Shown: piece by piece, positions 17,267-26,929 of the stretch
Position numbering within the stretch: the first letter of the stretch is position 1
Layout: the number at the start of each line of letters is the position of its first letter
Assembly: GCA_016933055.1 (NCBI GenBank)
Contig: JAFGBS010000008.1
Location: 30,001-62,000, forward strand
Direction: 5' to 3'
DNA: 32,000 bases
Origin: Promethearchaeota archaeon
Lineage (GTDB): Archaea; Asgardarchaeota; Lokiarchaeia; Sigyniarchaeales; Promethearchaeaceae
Position numbers and translations under genes: made by a program
Notes under the pieces: model-generated
Seen by the model: only the letters and a program-made list of their open reading frames with translations
Told to the model about the DNA's origin: nothing
The model's database searches: none

Positions 17267-19192
17267 TTGGCAACAATTCAATTTACAATCTCAAATATTG
17301 ATCTGGAGGATTTTTCCGCAAAAAGAACAATCTTAAAGATGTCTTTAGGCATTATTCTGGTGTTCGATTTGGGAAAACCCGAAACCTTCCAGAACCTTAA
17401 AAACCACATGTTTGAAATCACCCAAAATGCTGGATATATCCCCATCATTCTCATGGGCACAAATAAAGAAATCGAAGAAGAAATGGGAGAACTCATTCCA
17501 AGCATGGATATTGATCAATTCATGTTCAAGTATGGCATTAACCATTTTATCAAAATATCAATGAGTACGGGTGAGGGCATTCGGCGAGCATTTGAGGTGA
17601 TATCGGATGAAATCATTAAAGAAACCATTCGAAAATTAGGTCCCGATGAAATTAAACGAAAAACTCAATTCAGCTATGCAATTGCAATGATCGGGGATAA
17701 AATTATTCGAAAAGATTTAATCTCGGAATATGATTCGGCACGATTTGCCGCTCCAACCTCGACTATGGGTGGTGCGATTTCTCGAAAAACTTTAGATCGT
17801 GATATTCACCACCTAATTCCGGAACCGCGTATGGATAAAGATCTTCCTCCAGCTGTCTCTCCTCAACCCGAAGCAGAACTTGGTAAACCCACCGAATTAA
17901 AAAAAGATATTGAGGAATTAAGTGATGAAATCATCGAAAAAATAGCTATAACGGAAAGATTGCAAGCAGAGATCGACACAGAACAACAGAAACTGGAAGA
18001 AATCGTTCAAATGAAACAAGAGGTAAAAGAACCAAAAAAAGAAACGATTTCTGGTGATGAAATTCGATTAGAAAAACCCAAACCTTTAGCTCCGATGAAA
18101 TTCAAAGAGACCGAGGAGGATATTGAGTTACCCTCGGATTTAAAGGATGCCATCGAAAAAGAAGTCAAACGAGTCCGATCAGAAATTGCCGATGAAGAAA
18201 AAAAGGAAAAGATAATTGGAACATTGACACCATCAAGTGCTCCTCCTCCACCGCCACCAGGGTCTCCTCCTCCGATTGTTTCACTGGAGGAAAAACCAGA
18301 ACCTATATCTCCTCCAAAACCAAGAATTGTGGAAAAACCACGATTAAAAGCGAAAAAGCAACGAAAATTGGCTGAACGGGGAAAAAGTGAAATGGAGTCA
18401 ATGGCTGAAGAATATATTTCAGAACCATCCACAGTACCAGAACCTTTTATGGTAGTTGAAGAAGAAGTAGAAAAGGTGGTTACAGCCGAAAAACCACCGG
18501 AAGATTTCACTTGGGGAGGGGCAGAAAAAGCTCCTCACATGATGGAAATTACTACCGAGAAATTAAAACGGAAAACTACCGTGTTTTATCGAGAACGGAT
18601 GAATCCGGAAACTTTGAATAAGTTGGCGGTAGTATTATCGACAGAAAAAATTTATGAGAAATTAAAAATTACAATTGAGGAAGTCGCTCGAGCCGCGACA
18701 GACAAGATATTGGAGATCGATAAGGATCTTCCAATTGTGGATGTAGTACCAGAATTTCCGGGTTGCGTATGTGTTCCTTCAGTGCAACATATCAATGCAG
18801 AAAAGGAATATGATGTTGCATCCTTTCTAATTACACCGCTTCAGACGGGGGAAATTCCCGATGCCAAGGTGAAGTTGTACCATAAGGGACAATTGATTGA
18901 GACGATTCCAACCCCAACAAAGGTAGTGAAAACTACAAGTGCTAAGATATCGGCAGGTTTTGCAATAATCGTACCACTATTATCTCAATTTCCACTGATA
19001 TCAAATCCCATAAGTAATTTTCTAGGAGGCCTCATACCGTTTTACGAAACTGTTGGAGGAATCGAAGGAATCATATTGATGTTAACTGCATTATTTGCAG
19101 CTTTGAGCGGGTTATTATTTTTATTTAAAAGACCAAAAGATGCAAAACCCGTTGAAACTTTCCCAGAAATTGATGATGTCTTAAACAATTGA
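17267..19192 (+). CDS. Membrane-anchored multidomain protein: degenerate and apparently permuted small-GTPase fold, coiled-coil, Pro/Glu/Lys-rich linker with polyproline, uncharacterised beta domain, C-terminal hydrophobic anchor
   Basis: GIILVFD...ETFQNL, PIILMGTNK, KISMSTGEGIRRAFE (Ras beta4 to alpha5), followed by YAIAMIGD...STMGGAISRKTL (Ras beta1 to beta2); PPPPPPGSPPP at 18242-18274; hydrophobic aa 561-576 and 601-620. TTG start uncertain. Confidence 0.7.
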   Translation: MATIQFTISNIDLEDFSAKRTILKMSLGIILVFDLGKPETFQNLKNHMFEITQNAGYIPIILMGTNKEIEEEMGELIPSMDIDQFMFKYGINHFIKISMSTGEGIRRAFEVISDEIIKETIRKLGPDEIKRKTQFSYAIAMIGDKIIRKDLISEYDSARFAAPTSTMGGAISRKTLDRDIHHLIPEPRMDKDLPPAVSPQPEAELGKPTELKKDIEELSDEIIEKIAITERLQAEIDTEQQKLEEIVQMKQEVKEPKKETISGDEIRLEKPKPLAPMKFKETEEDIELPSDLKDAIEKEVKRVRSEIADEEKKEKIIGTLTPSSAPPPPPPGSPPPIVSLEEKPEPISPPKPRIVEKPRLKAKKQRKLAERGKSEMESMAEEYISEPSTVPEPFMVVEEEVEKVVTAEKPPEDFTWGGAEKAPHMMEITTEKLKRKTTVFYRERMNPETLNKLAVVLSTEKIYEKLKITIEEVARAATDKILEIDKDLPIVDVVPEFPGCVCVPSVQHINAEKEYDVASFLITPLQTGEIPDAKVKLYHKGQLIETIPTPTKVVKTTSAKISAGFAIIVPLLSQFPLISNPISNFLGGLIPFYETVGGIEGIILMLTALFAALSGLLFLFKRPKDAKPVETFPEIDDVLNN

Positions 19193-19205
19193 TAATATAA
19201 TCTTT

Positions 19206-19246
19206 TTTTACCGAAGCTAATCGGTAAAATTTCCCCTTTTTTTCCT
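19206..19246 (+). terminator. Hairpin plus pyrimidine/T tract after the 641-aa gene
   Basis: TTTTACCGA (19206-19214) / TCGGTAAAA (19221-19229) perfect 9-bp stem with 6-nt loop, then TTTCCCCTTTTTTTCCTT. Confidence 0.5.
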
Positions 19247-19511
19247 TTGTACTGTGGGAGCATCTCCCTTCTCTCCAAGAATCCATCCAAAATACGATTT
19301 TTTCATGTTATAATCAAAATTGCTAACCAAACGCACCGCGTACAGTATAGTTACCCCTTTATACATCTGTCATGCAAAAAAAATGGAAAAAAAGCGATTA
19401 GGTTCAACAAATGTAGATTATTCTCTTATTTTCTTTTTTCTTACTTCTCTTTCTGAAACATAACTATGATACTATAAAAAATAAATAGAGTGGGTTCCAT
19501 TTTGACAAATA

Positions 19512-20546
19512 ATGTCGTACAATAAATTATGTAAAATAATTCTCCCCTTTCTACTCTCTGCGATTATTGTGAGTGTTATCTCGATCCCCACTAATTTCAA
19601 CGGGAATCCGAACACCATTATTGCTTTGCATGTATCGGGTCCTAAACCTGTTACAAATGCCTCCCTTATGATTAGCAATGATTCCGGGTTTATAACTTAT
19701 GGATTTCCAGGGAATGGGTCTGCCGAAAATCCATACAGAATTGAGAATTATTCATTAGTGTTTACGTTCAACAGTACAACTGCAGGAATTCTGATAGAAA
19801 ATGTTACAAAACATTTCATCATTCGCAATTTGACACTTACAAACAATAATACTGAATTATTAGGAACCGGAATTCGAATTCTAGCAGATAATGGAGTAAT
19901 TGAGAATGTTACTATTGAAAACACTTTAAATGGAATTCATTTGGAGGGAAATAATCTTCAAGTGAATTACACGGCTATAAATTCACAACAATTTGGATTG
20001 TGGTCCAAAGAGTGCACCAATTTGAACATCACTAGTAATAATATTACGGGAGCCGCCTATGGAGTCTATCTATTATCATGTAATAAAACAATAATTTCGG
20101 ATAATATAATTTTTAATGGTAACAATGGTATTCAAATTTACGGAAGCACCAATTTTGAAATTAAGCATAATATAATATCCCAAAATTCTGAGAAAGGACT
20201 ATTTATCGTAGAAACTCCTCCCAAAAAGGGAGAAATTAATTTAGTCATACGGAATTGGTTTTTCCAAAATGAAATGCAAGCGTTAGTAATTACTGATGAT
20301 ATTAACACTATTTTCTACGATGTTACATCTCAAGAAGGTAATTATTGGTCGGATTGGCGCGGTTGGGGTAACTATAAAATTCAAACTGATGTGTATGATA
20401 TATATCCTCTTGATCAAAATCTCGAGTTAGCTACCCGTTATCCATTCAAGTTTTGGTTTTGGATTTTTGCTCCAATAATTATTGCTCTGGGTGCGGTTAC
20501 CTATTTCTTCTATTGGAAACTTATTATCCAACCTACAAAAGAATAA
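19512..20546 (+). CDS. Secreted/membrane-anchored right-handed beta-helix protein (NosD/CASH, pectin-lyase-like)
   Basis: N-terminal signal/TM, GFPGNGSAENPYRIEN, repeated N..I.NN / GI.L rungs, GNYWSDW motif, C-terminal TM; many N-x-S/T sequons. Confidence 0.85.
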   Translation: MSYNKLCKIILPFLLSAIIVSVISIPTNFNGNPNTIIALHVSGPKPVTNASLMISNDSGFITYGFPGNGSAENPYRIENYSLVFTFNSTTAGILIENVTKHFIIRNLTLTNNNTELLGTGIRILADNGVIENVTIENTLNGIHLEGNNLQVNYTAINSQQFGLWSKECTNLNITSNNITGAAYGVYLLSCNKTIISDNIIFNGNNGIQIYGSTNFEIKHNIISQNSEKGLFIVETPPKKGEINLVIRNWFFQNEMQALVITDDINTIFYDVTSQEGNYWSDWRGWGNYKIQTDVYDIYPLDQNLELATRYPFKFWFWIFAPIIIALGAVTYFFYWKLIIQPTKE

Positions 20547-20547
20547 A

Positions 20548-20566
20548 TTTCTTCTTTTTTTGTTTT
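20548..20566 (+). terminator. Oligo-T archaeal-type terminator
   Basis: TTTCTTCTTTTTTTGTTTT immediately after the stop at 20546. Confidence 0.45.
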
Positions 20567-20943
20567 CGCTAACAATTCTCCTTTTTAACATAACATCCCG
20601 ATCATATCAGTTTAATGTACAGATGACATAGAGATAACAATTCCCTTTTAAACTCAAACTCTGTGATCTTTGATTTGTCGTAAACTTCGAATAGGAAATT
20701 TTGAGAATATATCGATCGAAAAGAAACCACAGTTAGTATATTTAACAATTCAATCTAAAATAGGAGGAGTCAATGCATCTTATACATAAAAATCGTACCC
20801 TATTTTAATGACAGATTATTAAAAAGTAATTTTTAGAATAACTAGCTATGAGTAAATTCACAGTAATACCTAACTAAATCTTTAAATAATCACTTCTCAA
20901 AATTCTAGCGAAAATTACGAAAACTATACTTGGGGAATTATAG

Positions 20944-22083
20944 TTGAGTACAATAAAAAAATATATAGGGGAGTTTGAAAGCAAAACAGAGAAACGTCAT
21001 TTTGGTGTAAGGTTCGCAACCACCGAGGATGCAAAATCTATATCTGAAATTATGAAAGATGCATATGGATATGAGTATTTATATCCAAAAGTTTATTCTG
21101 AAAAAGAACTAGAAAGATCCATCGGGGCAGATACTCAAGTAGATGAAACGAACAGGAAAAAAGGATTGTGGGGGATTGCAGAATCTATTGATGATAAGAG
21201 AGAACCGGCTGCCATTTGTTTAACGGAACGTAGAAATGAGTTCTCTTTATATGCAGGTAAAACCGTGGTTCATAATCGTTTCCGGGGGATGGGTATGGGA
21301 CGTGGATTAGGAGTTAGCAGCCTTATGAGCGTTCTTAATTTACCAGAAAACAAAAATGTGGTAAGATTAGATACCGATGTGCGTTCAAGTCAAATTAATT
21401 CTCAGAAAATGGCGGAAGTAGCTGGATCTATACCTTATGGCTTCATCCCTAATTATAATAATTATGCAGACAAGCGTTTTTATGACCCATCGTGTGGAAA
21501 ACCCTTTACCGAAGGCAGAAAGGAAGCCGTGGTGATGTATGTTGCCCCTATCAATCATTTCTGGAAAATACGATCAAAAACTGTAATCTTATTGGATGAT
21601 GAGGGGATCAAGGATTTCTATCAATCGATAAAAAATCTGTATCGAAAAATGAAAAAAGACGAAATCACTGTGGTAAAATATACTGAATCCAAGCATTTTC
21701 GGGAAAATTATATAGTGGAAGAAGATTTCTACAAAGGAACGGTATTAATTATCGGAATACTTAAGCAACCTACCTTGGTAAAACTTCTAGGGAAATATAA
21801 GGAATGGAATGTCATCGAGTGGAGGATTCCCACAATTGAGTCAGCCGTATCCTCCCAATTTTATGCGGTTCAACATAAATTTGTACTCTCGGGGTACGAT
21901 CCGGGTTCATATAAAATAGGAAATGGGCAGCTTGTAGATACACTAGTGATGTGCAGGTTTCCAAATGGCGTAGAATTATCACAATTTGAATGTATTGAAC
22001 TTACCCAAAATAACAAATTCATTGCATCCAAGGTTATTAATCAACTAACGAAATATTATCCTGCTTGTAAGGATTACCTGTAA
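20944..22083 (+). CDS. GNAT-fold acyltransferase with an additional C-terminal domain
   Basis: VRFATTEDAKSI first strand/helix, VVHNRFRGMGMG acetyl-CoA motif, NSQKMAEVAG...PYGF; TTG start preceded by GGGGAA. Confidence 0.7.
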   Translation: MSTIKKYIGEFESKTEKRHFGVRFATTEDAKSISEIMKDAYGYEYLYPKVYSEKELERSIGADTQVDETNRKKGLWGIAESIDDKREPAAICLTERRNEFSLYAGKTVVHNRFRGMGMGRGLGVSSLMSVLNLPENKNVVRLDTDVRSSQINSQKMAEVAGSIPYGFIPNYNNYADKRFYDPSCGKPFTEGRKEAVVMYVAPINHFWKIRSKTVILLDDEGIKDFYQSIKNLYRKMKKDEITVVKYTESKHFRENYIVEEDFYKGTVLIIGILKQPTLVKLLGKYKEWNVIEWRIPTIESAVSSQFYAVQHKFVLSGYDPGSYKIGNGQLVDTLVMCRFPNGVELSQFECIELTQNNKFIASKVINQLTKYYPACKDYL

Positions 22084-22157
22084 AATTCTTACTCTCTCTA
22101 ATTTTCTTTTAAAATTTAAAGCAAAATTCTATTTTATATTGTTGAGAAGATCAAGTA

Positions 22158-23075
22158 GTGAAAAACTTGAAGAGAAGTTCCAAACTGGTTCTGATAACCT
22201 TCGGATTATTGATCATCATTGGGACCAGTATTTTTTTACCCCCCTATCTCGTTTCACGTCTGAAATATCGAATTCCGGGTGTCTTTAAGACTCCGGATGA
22301 ATGGGAGTTGGTTTTTGAGGATGACTTTCTCGGATCTACTTTGAATTATTCCTATTGGTCAAAAAATTATCATGAGGGATTTCCGCATGGGGGGCATACC
22401 CATAATCATCGAGGTTATATGACAGAGGATAATGTTAATGTTAGTAATGGGATACTGTACATTCGGGCATTAAACGAAACTCATCCCGATGCTCCACCAT
22501 CAGAATATACATACAATCAATGGATGGAGTACAATTTTACTACTGGGGCGATTACATCCTTTGGAAAAATGCAATTTAAGTATGGATATGTTGAGGCGCG
22601 CATGAAAATGCCAAAAAGTAAGGGATTTTGGCCTGCATTTTGGACATTACCAGGTTCTGGTGGGTGGCCACCTGAAATAGATATTCATGAATTCCTCAGT
22701 TCCCATGAAAATAGATTTTCTGGTGCTTATCATTGGGGTGAAAATTCAGAAAACCTGCATTCGTATGGTCAATTCTTTAACGTGGACAACGATCTTTCGC
22801 AAGAATATCATCGATACGGATTAGAATGGAGTTCTGACCATTTGAGCTGGTATTTTGATGGGATTCAAGTTGGCAGGTATTTCTTCGATATAAATGCGAT
22901 CTCGGAACTTGGACCTCAATACCTTTTAATCAATCTTGCAGTTGGAGGCTGGGAGGATGATCCAGACAGCTCAACGATCTGGCCTGCTTTTTATGAGACG
23001 GATTATATTTGTATATGGCAATTCAAACCCGAATTTGCATTGGAGGGTCAAGAAATCACTTTTAATTACTTATAA
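22158..23075 (+). CDS. Glycoside hydrolase family 16 (beta-glucanase/laminarinase-like) with N-terminal signal/anchor
   Basis: WELVFEDDF, KYGYVEARMKMP, WPAFWTL, catalytic EIDIHE, YHRYGLEWS, LINLAVGG; hydrophobic aa 10-28; GTG start. Confidence 0.92.
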   Translation: MKNLKRSSKLVLITFGLLIIIGTSIFLPPYLVSRLKYRIPGVFKTPDEWELVFEDDFLGSTLNYSYWSKNYHEGFPHGGHTHNHRGYMTEDNVNVSNGILYIRALNETHPDAPPSEYTYNQWMEYNFTTGAITSFGKMQFKYGYVEARMKMPKSKGFWPAFWTLPGSGGWPPEIDIHEFLSSHENRFSGAYHWGENSENLHSYGQFFNVDNDLSQEYHRYGLEWSSDHLSWYFDGIQVGRYFFDINAISELGPQYLLINLAVGGWEDDPDSSTIWPAFYETDYICIWQFKPEFALEGQEITFNYL

Positions 23076-23091
23076 AGAGGTAAATAATAAA

Positions 23092-24000
23092 ATGGAAAAT
23101 CGAGTACTCGGTATAACCGGAGCTAATGGATTCATTGGAGCAAATCTAATCGTCGAAGCTAGAAAACAGAACTGGCATGTTAAAGGTATCGTAAGAAGAC
23201 AAGAATCTGCTGATTATATTAAAAAATTAGGTGCGGATCCATTTATCAGCAAGCATCTTGAATATCCTGGATATAGGGAAGCTTTTAAGGACTGTGCTGC
23301 TGTGGTACATTTAATCGGGATTATTGATGGCTCCTCACAAGAGTTTCACAAGATTCATGTGGATGCTACACGGCTTGTATTAGAAAGTGCAGAATCCGTG
23401 GGAGTGTCTCGAGTAATTTTTGTTTCAGGGTTAGGAGTTGATTATTTCGGAAAAGCCGAATGGGCAAATAATGATTACTTTGGATCAAAATGGGAAGCCG
23501 AACAGTTACTACCGAAGTATTCAGTGCCTTTTGTGAGCTTCCGTCCCTCTTACATTTTTGGACCGGAAAGTTATTGGTTTGAATCACTGTTTCGTGGGAT
23601 TCAAAAAGCATATATCAATATTATTGGAGATGGATTAGTTCCCATGCAACCAATCTATGTAAAGGATGTGACTAGCTGTTTTCTTTCTGCAGCACAGGGA
23701 TTAGGTAAAGATAACGCATATTATGACTTAGTAGGTCCAGAAGTCACCAATATGTCAGAAATGGTGAATAAGGTAATTTACTTTTATAATAAGATAAGAA
23801 AAACTAGTCATAAAGTGACTCTCCATCATATTCCCTATACGGAGGTTACAAAAAAATTAAATATCTCAATTGAAAAAGCTTCCGTTTCTCAGTGTGACGT
23901 GCTAGGAGACAACACTCCTTTAAAAACCGAATTAGGTGTAATTATGACCCCGCTTGATTTTGCAATCGATGAAACCATCCAAAATTTCATGCTACTGTGA
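23092..24000 (+). CDS. NAD-dependent epimerase/atypical SDR (NDUFA9-like)
   Basis: GITGANGFIG, VVHLIG, YFGSKWEAE (YxxxK), RPSYIFG, QPIYVKDV. Start moved to ATG 23092; 22936 would overlap GH16. Confidence 0.85.
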   Translation: MENRVLGITGANGFIGANLIVEARKQNWHVKGIVRRQESADYIKKLGADPFISKHLEYPGYREAFKDCAAVVHLIGIIDGSSQEFHKIHVDATRLVLESAESVGVSRVIFVSGLGVDYFGKAEWANNDYFGSKWEAEQLLPKYSVPFVSFRPSYIFGPESYWFESLFRGIQKAYINIIGDGLVPMQPIYVKDVTSCFLSAAQGLGKDNAYYDLVGPEVTNMSEMVNKVIYFYNKIRKTSHKVTLHHIPYTEVTKKLNISIEKASVSQCDVLGDNTPLKTELGVIMTPLDFAIDETIQNFMLL

Positions 24001-25491
24001 TTTTATTTTTAGGGGTTTCCAATTTTTGAGATTAAAATTATTTTGACCTGGTTTGATCTCTAAGATTTCTGACTTGTTTACGATCAAACTATAGGGTAGG
24101 TTTGATTTCACCCGAAATTGATTCTCCTCGTACAAAATATCAGTGTAAATATTTCCAAAATGTAAGTTTTGAATGCCTAATTTTCCCGAATAGTCCTTAT
24201 GGAGATTCCAATGTATTTCGTTTCGCAATGCATCGATTGAATAGAAACCAAGGAGATTTTCAATAAACAAGGAAATAGGAGCTAGAGCTGACCATCCACA
24301 AAATTCCGGACGGACATACCTCGCATTTCTCTTATAGGTTGCAGGTTTAGGTGCTATGGGGCAGTATGCCTCCCATATTGTGTGTGGGGTAAAATCATGG
24401 AAAGTTTGATACATTACTTTAAGCAATTGCTCTGAAGTAGTTCTGGCTACTTCAAAAAAGCCGTATTTCTCTAAAGCTTTAGTTGCCATATAAGATGTTG
24501 GTACCCAAACGCTTCCTCGCCAATACTGACCTTTTTCATCGAAATTTTTATCATTTCGAGCAACTGTTGGCCATGGGAGGAATCCTCCCAGGGTTTCAGG
24601 ATTCTTGATATGTTGAACCATTTTAATAGATTGTTCTCGACTTGGAACCTCCGCGAGCATAGGCCAAAAAGATGCAGGAGTGATAACTTTAATTTGATTT
24701 TGGGGGCAATATCGATTCAAATCATAGTATAGAGTATCTTGTTCATCCCAATAGTAGCGATTAATTAATTTTTTTATTTCAATATACCTTTGCAAAAAAA
24801 TCGATTGGAGATGGGAATTGTGCAAACAACTCGCAATGAGCGATATGTAATATGCAGAAAGTGCTTGTTGTGCAATTAAATCCACCCATAAAATTTTCCA
24901 GTATTTTCCCCTTCCCCGAGGAGTATTATCCATCCCGCTAGAGGTACCGCTCCATACATAGCCATATTTCGTCATTTTTACCATCATGGGAATATTGCAA
25001 CCCGGAATGAATTTGAATCTATGAGCTTTTTCGATAAATTCAAAGTGTTTTTGTAGGTACTGGTTTTCTTCTAATACCCATTTCAATCGCATAAGGTCTC
25101 CTGTAAGCTTTGCATATTCATATTCTACCCATGCAAACAGTGGAGGATTATCGGGATGTTGGACTCGGGCAGGATGGTTTTTGTTGTCGTGTAAAATAAA
25201 GTAAAAATTATTGAGACTTTCAATTCCGGGAAATTCTGTATATCCATACTTGCAAAATAAACTCATGAATAAAGTATCCCAGATCCAGATTGTATCTGGA
25301 GTCATCGCTTCATCGATATAGAATTTCTGGGGAGAATCCTCTCGATACAGAACGTGTTCCCAAGCTAATTCCCATGCTTTCCAATATAATTCAATGAATT
25401 CTGGGATTGCCTCAAAAACTGGGCTGGGGAGTTTGCTCTTATCAAGCTGTTTATCTATTCGGTACCTTATGTACTTAGATTTCGACATCAT
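23992..25491 (-). CDS. (alpha/alpha)6-barrel glycoside hydrolase, GH63/MGH1/trehalase-like
   Basis: WIWDTLF, SSGMDNTPR, YWDEQDTLYYD, YWRGSVW, WEAY motifs of the GH-G clan-like inverting hydrolases. Confidence 0.8.
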   Translation of the reverse strand: MMSKSKYIRYRIDKQLDKSKLPSPVFEAIPEFIELYWKAWELAWEHVLYREDSPQKFYIDEAMTPDTIWIWDTLFMSLFCKYGYTEFPGIESLNNFYFILHDNKNHPARVQHPDNPPLFAWVEYEYAKLTGDLMRLKWVLEENQYLQKHFEFIEKAHRFKFIPGCNIPMMVKMTKYGYVWSGTSSGMDNTPRGRGKYWKILWVDLIAQQALSAYYISLIASCLHNSHLQSIFLQRYIEIKKLINRYYWDEQDTLYYDLNRYCPQNQIKVITPASFWPMLAEVPSREQSIKMVQHIKNPETLGGFLPWPTVARNDKNFDEKGQYWRGSVWVPTSYMATKALEKYGFFEVARTTSEQLLKVMYQTFHDFTPHTIWEAYCPIAPKPATYKRNARYVRPEFCGWSALAPISLFIENLLGFYSIDALRNEIHWNLHKDYSGKLGIQNLHFGNIYTDILYEENQFRVKSNLPYSLIVNKSEILEIKPGQNNFNLKNWKPLKIKSQ

Positions 25492-25528
25492 CTAATGTCG
25501 TCACTAACTGTCTAACAGAGCATTGATA

Positions 25529-26767
25529 TTATTCATAAATTTTTTCATCGGGTGCTTCGCTTTCCTTAGCATCCATTTCTACGTCCCGGATATTCTCCTC
25601 CCTTTTCAGGAGTTCGTTGAAATATTCGTGCTGAATTATTAGATTCATGACTTCACTGGTTCCGGTCCAAATAGTGGATAGACGTATATCTCGAAATATG
25701 CGCTCTATGGGAAATACATTGGTATATCCAATTCCCCCGAGTACTTGCATTGCGTTGGAAATTATTGTCGTAGCGGATTCGGTACTAAATCGCTTTGCTT
25801 CAGATACTAAACGTCTGCAAATCGACCCTGGTTGATCAGAATCAATAGCTTTAGCGGTTTGGTACACCATTGCCCGACTGGCATCTAGTAACATAATCGA
25901 ATCAGCGAGTCGAAATGATACTCCTTGGAAGGATTTGATTGTTTGCCCGAAAGCTTTACGTTTATGTGCGTATTTCGTTGCAATTTCCAAAGCCGATCTA
26001 CTCATTCCTAGCGGTCCCGCTGCAGATGTCATTCGTTCAGGAATCATCATTTGATAAAATATTAATCCCCCTTTTCCTTCGGCTAATACCAAATTTTCTT
26101 CTGGTACTTGAACGTCTTTCATGAACAATCGACCTGCACCTCCTCCTCGAGTCCCCAACAATCCATAGATATACTTACTTTCTACGCCCATATCCCGTTC
26201 CACTATAAAGAGGGAAATGGAATCCCGTGGAGGGGAATTCGGATTTGTTTTAGCATAAACCAAGAAGAAGTCGGCGCCTTCAGCACCGACCACAAACCGT
26301 TTTTGCCCATTGAGAATATAATGATCTCCATCTTTTATGGCAGTTGTGGTGGCACCGAAGAAGTCGGAACCACCTCTTGGTTCCGTGAGTGCTTCAGCAG
26401 TGCTTATTTTTCCCTCCAACATGGGTCTCAAGTATTTTTCTTTTTGTTTATCGGTCCCAAATTTATCCAAGGCTTCCCCACAAATACTTGGTAGAGAATA
26501 TAAACATCCCAATGACATAGGAAGCAGTCCGATCTCTTCTAATACAGCAGTTTCGGTAATCCAACCTAAACCTTGTCCCCCCCACTTTTTTGGAAACCTT
26601 AATCCCAGTAAGTTATATTCGGCTAATTTCTTAACGTATTCCGTCGGATATTGGACTTTATCTTCATCCATATCCAGAATCAACTGACGAGGTACTTCCT
26701 TTTTAACAAATTCTTTTGCTTTGTCTTTCCATTTAACGGATTGTTCATCCAGCATAAAGTCATACAT
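25529..26767 (-). CDS. Acyl-CoA dehydrogenase
   Basis: [52 protein letters not shown] motifs; CTTAAA box at 26792-26797 upstream. Confidence 0.95.
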   Translation of the reverse strand: MYDFMLDEQSVKWKDKAKEFVKKEVPRQLILDMDEDKVQYPTEYVKKLAEYNLLGLRFPKKWGGQGLGWITETAVLEEIGLLPMSLGCLYSLPSICGEALDKFGTDKQKEKYLRPMLEGKISTAEALTEPRGGSDFFGATTTAIKDGDHYILNGQKRFVVGAEGADFFLVYAKTNPNSPPRDSISLFIVERDMGVESKYIYGLLGTRGGGAGRLFMKDVQVPEENLVLAEGKGGLIFYQMMIPERMTSAAGPLGMSRSALEIATKYAHKRKAFGQTIKSFQGVSFRLADSIMLLDASRAMVYQTAKAIDSDQPGSICRRLVSEAKRFSTESATTIISNAMQVLGGIGYTNVFPIERIFRDIRLSTIWTGTSEVMNLIIQHEYFNELLKREENIRDVEMDAKESEAPDEKIYE

Positions 26768-26929
26768 GACTACTAACTCGTTGAAGAATCATTTAAGGTT
26801 TAAGGTTTACCCTTCGAAAATTCGATGGAACAATAAAAACCATCAGGTAAGAATTTTTTGCTGGATTTCTACTAATTTTCCAAATTCGACATACGAAACC
26901 ATTAATAGCTCTTAGGTTCCATTAAGCTT

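Noticed and set aside
18497-18520. EDFTWGG as a WASP/VCA-like acidic-Trp motif
   Set aside because: Too short and not terminal, with no WH2 or central helix recognisable; a chance match is likely
19217-19366. 49-codon minus-strand ORF (MYKGVTILY...RGNFTD) in the intergenic gap
   Set aside because: No recognisable motif or SD, and it overlaps the terminator-like hairpin; cannot be supported
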